DNA from: Octopus bimaculoides
Taxonomy: Eukaryota
Direction of reading: 5' to 3'
Assembly: GCF_001194135.2 (NCBI RefSeq)
Contig: NC_068989.1
Span: 69,278,382-69,342,381 of the forward strand
DNA: 64,000 nucleotides
In this document: piece after piece, positions 11,873-24,981 of the stretch
Layout of the letters: the number at the start of each line of letters is the position of its first letter
Numbering within the stretch: position 1 is the stretch's first letter
Notes under the pieces: generated by a model
The model's input: only the letters and a program-made list of their open reading frames with translations
Told to the model about the DNA's origin: nothing
Database searches by the model: none
Program-made: the position numbers and the translations under genes

Positions 11873-14800
11873 CTGTAAAAAAAAAAAAAAAAAGAAAAAG
11901 AAAAAGTTAGTTATCAAAAGCAAACAATACATAACATTTCTCACATATATAATATATACTTTAAACTGACTAAAACAGGATAATAAAATGATGTGTTTGA
12001 TAGCAGATAAGAAAGTTAGCTCATAGGTGTATCTGACATTTTAATAATTTTGATTTTTTTTCAAAATTATCTTTTTTTTTTACCTCCAGTTTATCTAAGA
12101 GAAAAAAAGGTGAATTTATGAAATTATTCTTAATTATTCTGTGTGATGGGCTGCTTCACAACATGAGTTTCAGTTTGATCCCTCATCATTGCACTTTAGG
12201 CAAATAAGCTGCCACTGTCTCAGGTTAATGAATGCCTTATGAGTGGAATTTGGTAGACAGACACTGAGTAGAAGCTGTGTGTGTGTGTGTGTGTGTGTGT
12301 GCGTGGGTGCATGCGTGTGTGTGTCTGAGTGGCTAAGAAGTTTGCTTCTCAGCTACATGGTTTCAGGTTCAGTCCCCCCGCGTGGCATCTTGGTTAAGAG
12401 TCTTCTGCTATAACCCCAGGGAGACCAAAGCCCTGTGAGTGGGGATTTGTTGGAAGGAAACTGAAAGAAGTTTGTGTGCATGCAAGTGTGCGTGTGTTCA
12501 ATAGATTTTATTTATCTTTACAGATTCGATAAAGTAAGTGCAAGTGAAGTAATCAGGGAATCAATTTTAATCAACTGCATTCTTCCACCAAAATATTTGG
12601 CCATAAGCCTATGCTACATTCACTACCACCATCACCACCGTTAATGGTGGAAATCCTACTGGAATCAAATTTGTTTCTGCTCATTGTGGTTGATAAAGTG
12701 CAAGTAACTAACAATGATTTAATCAGCTCTACATTTATCTGTATAGGATAATATAGAATATATCAATGTGCTAAGTATATCAATATTATTTCTTTTCACA
12801 TGGTATAAAGGCCAAACAATATTGGAAACATGGAGCAGTGATCATTCATAGCTTTCCCAAGAACATTAGAACACTGAAATGGGCTCAATTGGGAATTGAA
12901 AGCACATCATAGTTATTGGTTTGCAAGAGGATTCTTTTTGCTTTACACTGTATGTCACAAGAAAGATATCAATAATAATAGCTTCTGATTTAGGTACAAG
13001 ACCATCAATTGTTAGGGGAAGTGATTAGTCAGTATCTTCAACCCTATACTAGACCGGTACTTTTTTCTTATTGACACCAGAGGGATGAAAGGCAAAGTTC
13101 ACCTAATGTGTGATTTGAACTGAGCGTAGTGGGTCATCACAAAAACTGCACAGTATTTCTTTCAGACACTGTAATGATTCTGCCAATAACCACCCTAAAG
13201 ATATCAATAATGATAAAAAAAAATGTGAAGGTGTTTGTTAAATTGCATAAAAGTTTAAGAAATTGCTTCTAATAACAATGTATTTCACTACAATAAGACT
13301 CTGAAGGTATTTCACTTTCTGAATACATTGTTACTATTTTGATATTTCTGCTAAAATCTAAGAAGTCTCGAACAGTGTTTAATTATCAATTTCCTTAGAT
13401 TCTTCCTGATAACAAAAGCCATTTCAATTTCATCATCATTCACTGTTGTAATATATAATGTTTTACCGTTAATCTGAAGGATTACCCAATACTTATTAAT
13501 AGACTACATACATATGTATTTGGTTGATTCAATAATTGTGTAAAACTATTTTGTTACATCTCAAGAACAAAGGACATTATTTCATATCAGTCACTGGAGA
13601 TAAAAAGAGTGATCTGTTATTTATATTGAGTCAATCTCCAGAGTCATAAATGGGAAGTTATAAATGATAAAAGCTACTTTAAAGAATGGGAGATGGGATA
13701 AATATAACACTATTGAGAGATATCAAAACAATATGATGGCAAAACAAAGAAAGAAAAAAGAAACATGATGGAATGGGACGACATACAAATTGCAACAAAT
13801 AACAGTATTCAGACTTTAATAAAGCACTGCTAGGAGTTACAAACATAAAACCAGCACTTTACAGAAAGGGTAAAACTAAAAGATAAAAATTTACCATGGA
13901 CTAGATTCTCAAATTGTTTTTGATCATGGATAACCTTAGTAATTTAAATTACTCTGTATATCATACTGACATTAGAAATGTTATTTGGAAGTAAACCAAA
14001 GAAAATTGTAAAATTAAGTTCTTTGATCTTTTAATCATTTCATTTATTTGATTTTGGCCATGCTGGGACACAACTTGAAGGGTTTTAGTCCAACAATTCA
14101 ACCCTGATAATGATTTTTGAAGTCTGGTACTTATTCTACCAGTCTCTTTTGCCAAACCACTAAGTTATAGAGACATAAGCATACTAACCAGTTGTCAAGT
14201 GGTAGGGGAACACACACACATACGTATATACATAAGGTACACACACATACATACATATGTATGACAGGCTTCTTATGAAGGTGATGCTTGTTTACAACCT
14301 TCACCTGATGTCAAATTTTGGTGGAAGAAGGTTTTAATTTGGATCACTTTAAAACGTAAAATTTGCTTCATTAAGCCAGGAGTGGTCTCAGGTGAGTTGG
14401 TATCAAAATGGTTAAATGAAGAAGGATACATTGTATAATGAAGTCCTTGATAAGGAAGGTTACAGCTAGAACACCTTTGATCATAAGTCACCTTCATCAA
14501 GGGAGACCTGAGGCTAAACAACACCTATATATGAAAAGTTTTAGTGAAAATAATAAAAATGTGAATCAAATATAATTTACAACCAAAGATGAAAATAATA
14601 TCTCAGAAAAAATTTCTTCTGTAATGCTAATTAAGCTGAAACCTAGCAGCCAATACATTCCCTAAGTAATAGTATAGTAATTAAAGAAAGCACACACTCG
14701 TTAGATGAAATGTTCAAGTAAATCAGTGTGTTCTTACTTCATGGGCAAAAAAGCAATGCTTAAAATTCTGTATTAATATCACAAAATTTTTTAAAGGAAT

Positions 14801-15102
14801 TTTAAGATTTCAGAATTAGAATAAATCTAAATACTTGTGGGTGTAGGTATGAGATTACAAATGAGAAAACATGTACTCAGTACAAAAACAAAAGTACAAA
14901 TATTTTAGTGCATACTACTCAAAAGCTCCACATTTGTTGCTGTGCAAGCAACAGCACACACAAAACTGAGTAGTAAGAGAGTAACATCAGTACTACAATA
15001 TATAGGGGATGTGTTGACTAGAGTTGACCAACACCTTGAAAGTGGAACTAGTAGATGGAAACAGCAGGAAACTCCTATATATATGTATGTGCATGTACTA
15101 TA

Positions 15103-16370
15103 TTGGGTTGAGGAATAATTCATGAGCGTTTTTAAAAATGCACGCAGAAATAAAACACATTGGCAAAATGTTCTGTGTTATTTAAAAGAGAATATTTTGC
15201 TCTACAAGATAGTGTGTTTTGATTTTTTAATTTCATTGATTTTTGTGTATTTTCAGATCATTAAAATGGAATGTCAAGTGGACAAAACTAGGCATTTTCG
15301 ACACCATTTGCTTTTTGCATTTAATCAAGGTGTAAAGATAACTGAAGCTGTTCGTGAGATTTGAGCTGTGTATGGAGAAGGAGCAATGCCTCAAAGTACT
15401 GATTGCCATTGGTTTTCAGGCTTCACAAATAGGAATTTTGACCTCAAGGATGGATCACACACTGGTCAACCAATTGAGTTCGATGAAGAGCAATTGAATC
15501 AACTTCATGAAAATCCACGTCAAACGACCAGAGAATTGGCAGAGCAGATGGACTGTGATAAAAAAAATTGTGGTGAACCACCTTCACTCAATGGGTGAGG
15601 TTCAGAAACTTGGCACTTGAGTGCCACACACTTCGAGTGAAAACAAACAAAATTCAATGCTCCATAATCGCTGCCAGTTTGCTTGCTTGACATTGCTCAA
15701 CACATAGTTACAAACAGCGTTTTCATTACTGCATTGTTACTGGTGATGAAAAATGGTACCTTTACATCAACATGAAGCAGCGAAAAGAATGGCTCAGTCC
15801 TGACGAACAAGAAACTCTGCAAGCAAAACAAGACCGTCATCCTCGAAAGACCATGTGTGTGTATGGTGGGACTGGGAAGGCATAATTCATTACGAACTGC
15901 TTGAGCACAACCAAACACTCAATGCAGAATTCTATGTTCAACAACTGCACTGACTCAACGAAGCAATTCAAGAAAAAAGACCGAACAGACAAAATGGCAC
16001 TCTTCTGCAACACAACAATGTCCATCCTCACATCACCAATATGACCAAAGCCTTGACTCAAGAACTCGAATGGGAAGTGCTGCCTCATCCTCCATACTCT
16101 CCAGACTTGGCACCATCAGATTTTCATCTCTTTTGACTGCTTTCAGACACTGTGTGGTGTGTCGTTCAATAATGATGTGGAATTGAAGGCTTGGTTGGAC
16201 AAATTCTTTGAGTCAAGACCAGGAGATTCCTATTGCTGAGGCATCGAAAAACTTATTGAATGATGGGAGGAAGTCATAAACAACAATGGAGAGTATATTA
16301 TTAATTTGTTGTAGCTTTTTTGTTTAAAATAAGTTTGAATAAAATGCTCATGAATTATTCCTCAATTCTC
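15103..16370 (+). mobile_element. Full-length but inactivated mariner (DD34D-type) transposon
   Basis: TIRs ttgaggaataattcatgagc at both ends with TA flanks. Broken transposase shows MECQVDKTRHFRHHLLFAF, VTGDEKW, HPRKT..VWWDWEGIIHYELL, HPPYSPDLAPSDFHL; stops and frameshifts present. Confidence 0.92.
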
Positions 16371-16734
16371 TATATATTTATTTATTGTGAACATTAATAC
16401 ATTTACCTCTTCCTACTGTGATGACATTTTTCTGCACTGCTTAAAAACAAAAGCACATTTATTTATAAAAGCATTGTCATTGTTTGTTTGCAATCTGCCA
16501 CAAAAACCTATTCAGCCATTGAGATGTTCTTTGTTCATTGTACTAGAAGAAATAGGAGCTGGAGAACAAGCAAAAGTTAGCCAATAGATAATCCAACCAG
16601 TTGTAAAAAAAAGATACCTCAATAAACTTCATCTGATCCATACCAATGTGAAAAAGTGGATGTTAAAACAACAATAATACACAGACACACACAAATACAT
16701 GCAGACAGAGCTACGAAGCGAAAAGTGATATTAC

Positions 16735-16855
16735 CTGGTGATTTTGCATCGGTATGTAGTGTAAAAAATGTTGACAATCTGTTATTGTCTGTCCCTAGTT
16801 CGTCTTTGTACACTAGATTTCGCAGGGAGACACTTTTCAAATGACGGATCCTTTT
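16735..16855 (-). CDS. UVRAG: UVRAG coding exon 2 (KRIRHLKSVSLRNLVYKDELGTDNNRLSTFFTLHTDAKSP + G)
   Basis: Acceptor cttcttatttgcag|, donor |gtaata; 121 nt, phase 0 to 1; matches RRLRHLRNIAARN..DTYFTLH. Confidence 0.93.
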
Positions 16856-17168
16856 CTGCAAATAAGAAGTATATATTTAGTTGCATTGTTTATTTACTAA
16901 TTTAAAAAAATTCCCAAATTAATGATATCACAGTTATTTATTAAAATGGTTATTCAGGTATTTAGAAAAAGGCTTGTAAGAATCTTTTATGATGAAATAT
17001 CTCTAATATTTTTTCACAATGATAAAATACCAACCCATTTTAGTTAAAACTAATTTCTTAAAACAATATTTCATTTATACAAACAATATTTGGTAAGAAC
17101 TTACACTGGCTCAAGCTAACAAGAAAGTTTTGAGGTAGTCACTTGACCTACAAGAAATAGTAGACAAA

Positions 17169-17287
17169 TTGGCACTACTTAAATACAGAGGTCCCGATGC
17201 ATCTACATGCACACTTGTTAGGGTTAGTTTTAGTGTTGGTTAGAGTTACATAGATGCATCAGGACCTCTGTATTTAAGTAGTACCAA
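17169..17287. mobile_element. Small hairpin MITE with telomere-like spacer
   Basis: 37-bp inverted repeats with 2 mismatches enclose ttagggttagttttagtgttggttagag. Confidence 0.6.
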
Positions 17288-17671
17288 CAAATCTCCCTCA
17301 GATCACACTACAGTTTTCTTTTTTGTAAGGACACATCAAATAATGTAGTCCTTGATACACTGAGCTTGAATAAAAAAGATTGAATAGTCAAAGCTACAGT
17401 GCCCTTGATGATAGATCTATTTGATCAGGGCTAACCTGGAGTTACCAACAACAACAACATCTACATAAACTGGCTAATAATTATTGACCCACTTCAGTGA
17501 TAGGAAATGAAGATCAAGTTTCTCAACAGTTTTGGCGTTTTGTTAACTTCTACTCCAAGTTTAAAATGCTGTGGTTTAAGTTAATATAATATTAAGTATA
17601 TCAAATCTAAAGAGAAGACATAGAATGCTCGTATTGGGCTCATCCCCATATTTCTGTTGAAATACACTGCC

Positions 17672-17930
17672 TTTGTTTCAATTTTGAAATTAAAGAAGAG
17701 TTTAGTAAAATAACTGTCATTATTAATCTGGAGTAATTTTGTTTCAATTTTGAAAATAATGAAGAATTTAGAAAAATAATTCATTATTGATCTGGAGTAA
17801 TTAGGTGTCAATTTTGAAAATGATGAATAATTTAGTCAAATAGCAATCATTCTTAATCTGATGTAACTGTTTCAATTGAGTTTTGAAAATAATGAAGAAT
17901 TTAGTTAAATAACTGTCATTACTGATATTG
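17672..17930. repeat. Minisatellite, ~64-bp unit, ~4 copies
   Basis: Repeated tttcaattttgaaaataatgaagaatttag..aaataactgtcattattaatctggagtaa. Confidence 0.85.
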
Positions 17931-20879
17931 CATTTTAAGGTAACAAGTTGGCAGAATCGTTAGCATGCCGGGCAAAATGCTTAGCAACATTTCATCCATC
18001 TGTACATTCTGAGTTCAAATTCCACCAAGGGCAACTTTGCCTTTCGGGGTCAATAAAATAAGTACCAGTTGAATGTTGGGATCGATGTAATCGACTCATT
18101 CCCTCCCAAAAAATTGCTGCCCTTGTGGAAAAATTTGAAATCATTATCAATATTGCATTTGGGACAAAAAGTAATGTAAGATTTTAATGGAAGATATTAT
18201 ATTAGATCATTCTAAAACATGAAAGTTTGTATCACAATCAGGAGTAGCCTCAGGCAGGTTAATATTGGAAAGATTGAAGAAAATACTACAGTTTAAATAA
18301 CCAAGTTTTGAATAATGCAGAGTGTTTTTTTAACATACACTCACAACCATAAATTTGAGGGCTTGAGTCTAATTTATTCAAGCACAATACTTGACAAATT
18401 CTTATTTCATTGAACACTGAAAGATGAAAAGCAGAGTTGAGCTCGGTGAAGTTTAAACTCAGAACATGAAATGATATAAACTAAACACTGATGCTGCAAA
18501 ACCACTGCCATTTTAGAACAATATAATAATAATCATGGTTTCCATATTCATTTCCTCATTTTGGTCTAAGGTAGGTAAATCCACAAAAATGATTTCAATC
18601 ATATTTTGATCTTGATAGTTTTAAATGTTGGCCACTAATACTTACAACCTAATCATTTCATCTAGAGTTTTCATTGACTTTTCTAAATATCATTATTATC
18701 CAATAATGGACAATGGATTGGCAGAATTGTCAGAGTGCCAGACAAAATGCTTTGCAGTATTTCTTTCAGCTCTTCACATTCCAAAGTTAAATATCTCAAA
18801 GCAAACTTTGCCTTTCATCCCTCTGGCATTGATGAAATAAAATACTAGTCAAATACTGGGTTTCATAGTATCAACTAACCCATTTCCTCAATTTTTCAGG
18901 CCTTGTACCTATACTAGAAACAATTATTATCCAACAGAATTCCTTCATGCATTACATACCCTTATTATTTGAGTTTTGTCTTGGAAACAATATCGGTAGT
19001 CTTAAGTGCTTTTTCATTGAACTTACTTTAATTTTCCAGACTAAATGCATTTATCTAGTTTCATTCTTTTATGTTATGAGTTCAAGTCCCACAGGGACCA
19101 ATCTCACTTTTTATCAACACTGCCCACTAGGATAGATAAAATAAGCGATTCATTTAATAGATTATACCTATCCCAAACAAAAATTAGCATGTAATTAGTT
19201 CAAACTGCTTCTATTCCTGTAACAACATAATGAACATGATTTCCATATCCACTTCCTCATTTTGGCCCAATTCTTCTGTCCTCAAAACTTTCAACTTCAG
19301 TTCAGAAATTTCTTTCTGTCTACATGAACTAATTTATAGTCAATAATTCCAGTGAAATATTAATAAGAACTAATTTTACTTGGCTACACTGTATATTTTC
19401 TATGTTAAAATTACATCAAAGACATTGAGCAATGCCTCCTGCAGAGAAATCAATTATAATGCAAATAGACACTTTATTATGTACAGAAATATGTAAATAT
19501 AATGGAAATATTTAATATCTATAATTTTATGCTTTGCTTTTAATTGACTACAAAGAAAAATAAAGATCCATAATTTTAACTCTTTTATTTTTACTTTTCC
19601 AATAGTCACCAAGTATTAAATAGCTGCTTGCTGCTTCAGTGATATATTTGTATAAGTCAGCAATAAACCAGCTGAGTTATAAGAGTGTTGGATGGACTAT
19701 CTTGCCATATTTCTTCTACCTCATTGCATTCTGAGTTCAAACCCTCATTGATGTCAAGTTTGCCTTTCATCCTTTCAGGGTCTACAAAAAAATAAAAAGC
19801 TACCAATCTTGGATGGTTGACTGGCAGGACTGTAAGAGAGTTGGGAAAATATGCCTTGTGGTATCTATTCCAAGTTTTTGTGATATCTCACAGCAACACC
19901 TGTGACAACACTGATGCCAAGATGTATCATGTTAGTAGCCTTTCCTTTGGACAAACATCAGAGGCATGGAGAGGAGAGTCTTGTATGTGTGGGCAACAGC
20001 CAGTCTTCCTCATAATAATCTTGACCAGGGTAGAAGCATGGCTGACTTTGACTTAGAGAGTCCCTATAATTTACGCTGTGTCTTGGCCTATGTATAATGA
20101 TTTTGACTACAAAGTGATTAACAAAAATATCTGAAGACACTTTTCTCTTTGTAGTTGGTCAATTATACATGACATGAATGATAGTCTAAAGCTTGGTTAA
20201 TACAGATAATGGTTTCTGAGAGTACTTCGTAAAGTGATTAGACAGTAGTTATGGAGAACGGTTTCCAAAAATCAAATCACAAATTTCAAAGAAATCACCA
20301 GCAAGATACCACTTTCTTTTCTCATACAATAAATGAATAAAAATCAGGAAAAAAAATAAAAAGTAGAATATTCATTTGCTTTTGATAATAAGATGTTAGT
20401 AAACAAATTTATGGTTTTTTTGAAAATGAAAATGGTGTTTATTTCATTCTAAATGTTACTAAGGTAATGTTAGAAATAATGTTTATTTCTAATATTACTT
20501 TAATAACTAACATTTACAAAAACCATAAATATTTTTATGAACATAATTAGGTTACAGCATATTTTTTCAACTGCTTTAGTCATTGTTGTTAGGACATTTA
20601 GTTAAAGGAAAGGTACCCTACACCACAAAATTCTGATAAAAAGTTAAACTTATTCCACTACACATTTGTGATAGTTAAGTGGACCTTGACCTAAAGCTGG
20701 TTTAAAGATAACAGCTAAAACAATTCTAAATTAATTATATTACTTAGCATGTAAAAAAGACATTAAATTATTGGTGAAGATAGATAAGATATCCATGTTA
20801 AATTATATAAAATTTCTGCCATAACACTTAAAGTGTATGAAAATATTTGCTGATTTGGACATTGTTAAATCCTCTGAAT

Positions 20880-22250
20880 TTGGTTATAAAATTATGAAAC
20901 CTTGCAAAACTTAACAGAAGTAGTATCATGTGGACCTTATCTTCCTGCGCATGTCATTAAAATACTTGAAAAACTTGACAGCAACACCAACAATCCACTT
21001 ATTCCTTTTTCTAACTCAAAACATGGAAGAAGACTTCTTCACTTAACTACCATACAACTTACAAACTATAGCCAAATAATACATGACTGCTTTGATATCA
21101 AAACCCTACCATGAACCATCTTAAGTACAATTGACAGCAGCAGAGCTTCCTCTTTACTACCTGCTTATAAACAAAATAGGTAACATTTTTAAAGTAGTAA
21201 TACAAAATGCTGTTGCAAACTACACATCACATCAAACTTAGTTAGAGTATAGAGAAAAGACATCTAAAATCTGTAACTCCACAAATAGTTTACCACGAGA
21301 ATTCATCCTTTCAGTCTTTTTACTTATATCTAAATGACTTCCCTATATCTCTATAAAGATATGGTATCAAAGCCTCAAAAGCAAATTGTGTCACAATCAC
21401 ATCCTCCCACCTTCACCAGACACAATTGCATGTCAGCTACCTAGAAACTTGGCATCAGACAAATAGACTAAAAGTACCACTTCCCAAATCCACTATCTCT
21501 GATGTCAGATAGAGACACCTTTACATTCAACAAGATAACATGCAACACATACTGAGAAGATTACAAAAGTACAAAGAATTTCATGCAACATCTTTACAAC
21601 ATTCATGCAGAGTGCACATAGAAACTACATTTAATCAACACAATCTGGCCTTTGTGCCAGTGGCACGTAAAAGCACCCACTATACTCTCGGAGTGGTTGG
21701 CATTAGGAAGGGCATCTAGCTGTAGAAACTCTGCCAAATCAGATTGGAGCCTGGTGTAGCCATCTGGTTTCACCAGTCCTCAGTCAAATCGTCCAACCCA
21801 TGCTAGCATGGAAAGCGGACGTTAAACGATGATGATGATGATGATGATGAATCTGATATATTCAAACAATACATCAGATCCATCATGAGTTATGTCAGCT
21901 TTACCTGGAACCCCAGTCTTGCCACAACAAACCACAAAGAACATTAAATGGGACAATTCATGCACACAGACCATTCTTACTCTTTACACAATGAAACACA
22001 CTCCACCTGGGTATGTGAAGAGGATAATTTGTTGATGCAACAAGTCCCAACCTTTATAGTCCCTCTTACTACAATTATAATCATCTGGAAAGACCCAGAT
22101 ACATTTACAACACAGTATTAAAAATACTTTTTCCCTTGCACAATCCAGACCAAAATAAAACAAATATGTACAAAAATAGCAATGGTATCAATTATTCATT
22201 GCCCACTAGTTAGCACCAAATACAGCTAAGATGCACACAACTAATGTTAA
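20880..22250 (+). mobile_element. Highly decayed non-RTE LINE remnant
   Basis: After the insertion, the + strand reads YIRSIMSYVSFTWNP, like the LINE RT C-terminal Y.RP.LEYAS..WSP motif; boundaries uncertain. Confidence 0.4.
21647..21850 (+). mobile_element. Young 5'-truncated RTE tail or RTE-tailed SINE
   Basis: Well-preserved ..ggttggcattaggaagggcatc..catgctagcatggaaagcggacgttaaacgat(gat)n with intact CpGs; interrupts older LINE sequence. Confidence 0.8.
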
Positions 22251-24943
22251 GTGCAGAGATACAACAGCCAAGTTCGAACAGAGTTCACCTTGTTTACACA
22301 CACAAATAGACTGTGGCAGTGGAAAAACAGCAACCCAGTGTGCCACATTGCACAAAATCTTGGGCAAATATCTTCTACCCTAGCCACCAGAGTGAAGTTT
22401 GGCGTACAGAAACTGGCAGAAGACTGCCAGATATATGTATGCACACATACACACATGCAAGTGATGAATGGTAGAATATCTGCTTAAATGTTCATTGATC
22501 AAAAATACACAAGTAGTATCTACATTTTGATTAAGTACCTTTATATTGAGGTTGACTTTGTCTTTCATCCTTAAGAGATTGATAAAAATAATACTAGACA
22601 AAGTACTGGGGTCAGTGTAATTAACATAGCCATAGTTTAAAAGATTGAAATCAGTAAGAGAAAAAAAAAAGAAAAGAAAAGATCCAATTAGTGATTCATA
22701 AGGTTATGACAACAAATTATTTTCCCATTAGCTGTAACTAACTCAAGATAAGAAAAGTACATAAAAAATTATAAAAAGGAAGTAAAACATACTATTAGTA
22801 ACTCCAAAGTCTTCTAAGATTATATTACTATCTCACTTACAAATAGCTGTACTACAGCTTGTTTTATTTTTTTCAGGACTTAAAAACAAACAATATATAT
22901 TCATATCAGAATTTGTTTTTTCACAATATCAGCATTTCTGTGCTTATGTGAGATAGATGGATGATGCAACAGTATACTTTTCACTGAATCTTGATTTTGT
23001 AAACATCACTTCTGAACTGCCAAAGTGTTCTAAATTTGATCTATTTAATACTTTGTAAATCTTCTACCACACGTATGCCTCCCATTCATTGGCATCTTAG
23101 CTTCCAGCATACACTATCCAATAGTATTATGTGTCCATACAAATGTACTTGTTCTTTCTGCATACATCTGCTAATGCTTTTGTATCCCATTCACTTTCAG
23201 TTCTCTTGCACTATCTAATGCCATATGGCAACATATATGTTACTCACACCTCAAATAGTCTGCCTTGTACTTATTAAGTACTTGTATTAGTACAAGTACT
23301 AATTAAGTACATTCAGTAACTAACCAAATAAAGAAAACGGCATAGTCACCAGGGGGAATATTTATAGCTTTATATAGCATCAATAGTCACAGATAGAGAC
23401 ATTACTGCATTATTATTGTATCCAGAAAGGTATTCTATAATAATTTAAAGTCTAAACAATTCTCTGGAAACAAATAAAAAATAAAAAAACCAATATCTGT
23501 GGACCATGCAAACAATTCTACTTACTCCAATCTGTCTGACAAATTACATTTCTACTCTGGATTAGCAATGAGAAGGACATCTGGTGTTCAAAACAAGAGC
23601 ATTACACAAATTTTCAAATATGTTACAGTAACCCCATCTGTTACATAACACCCACACTAGTTTATTAATCTGTTTAAAGTTAAACCTTCTTTCCATTACC
23701 ACTTACAAATAATCTACCTTGAGTTCCCTTATTGTCTCTTGTGTGTTGTCAAACATACACATTACTGTTAAACTTAACATCAAAGTATTAAAAGATAGAG
23801 AATCCTCTTAAACATCAACCAAAATTCCATCAATCTGGAAGAGGTAAAAGACCAAACACTACCTCTCTTCACCTGACAGATTATTGTTATAAACAATGAT
23901 TTCTAATTTAGGCACAAAACCAGAAGCTGTGAAGGAAGTTTAATTTTATAACACTGACCCCACCCTGTATTTGACTGGTACTTTATTCTATTGGCTCTGA
24001 AAAGATGAAAGCAAGGCTGACCTCAGTGGTATTTAAACTTAGAATGTAAAAAGAGCAGGAAGCAATGCTGTTAAACATTTTGTTCCATGTGCTAATGATT
24101 CTACCATCTCTCTACCATAATAACAACAACAATAATAATAATGTGCATGAAGAGACCTTGTGAGACCCCTGACAACAGGCTGCTGTCTGCTCTCACAGAA
24201 TCAACCTGAGGAAACAAAACCGAAGTACAACAACAACAACAATAATAATAATAATAATCAATCGGATTACAACCACCAAATAATCTCTAACCTTATAAAC
24301 AGTAATAATTTCTTATACTTCAAAGAAAGTATCTGATTCACTCACAAATGCTTCATTCTCAATAGTTTCAGGTAGAGTAACTAGAAAGGTCAAACTTAAT
24401 CTTAAGAAACTTTCTTCTAAACAGAATCATATTTAAATAGATATTGGCCCTAACCTATAATTGATCTTCGTGTGTAACATGAAAAAAACCTACAAAAAAG
24501 AAATGGTTTATATAAAACTCTTAAGTAACTATTAAAATAATCTCATTTTTTCTTTCATCTTTCATATATATATCTTTTAGCTTGTTTCAACCATTGGACT
24601 GTGGTCATGCTGGGGCATCACCTTAAAGGATTTAGTCAAACAAATTGACCTCAGTACTAATGTTTTGTGAGTCTGTTACTTATCCTATCAGTCTCCTTCA
24701 CCAAACTGGTAAGTTATGAGGACATAAACAAACCAACACTAGTTGTCAAGCAGTGGTGTAGGGACAAACACAAAGACGCATATGCCATATATGTGATGGA
24801 CTTCTTTCAGTTTCCATCTATCAAATCTGTTCACGAGGATTTTGTCAAACTGAAGCTAAAGTAGAAGATACTTGCATGAGGTACCATGCAATGGGACTGA
24901 ACCAGAAACCATGTGGCTGAGAAGCAAACTTCTTACCACAAAG

Positions 24944-24981
<38 letters not shown>

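Noticed and set aside
17672-17930. Regularly spaced repeats as a CRISPR-like array (also 30829-31480)
   Set aside because: The units are contiguous tandem copies or MITEs with no unique spacers and no cas genes, in a eukaryotic intron.
19210-19335. Coiled-coil-like - strand peptide QKEISELKLKVLRTEEL
   Set aside because: It lies upstream of exon 2, ends in a stop with no donor, and is partly duplicated at ~18540, so it is likely decayed repeat sequence.
24345-24418. Exon-like - strand segment with a gtgagt donor in intron 1
   Set aside because: Weak acceptor, an immediate stop in the UVRAG frame and no homology; indistinguishable from chance.
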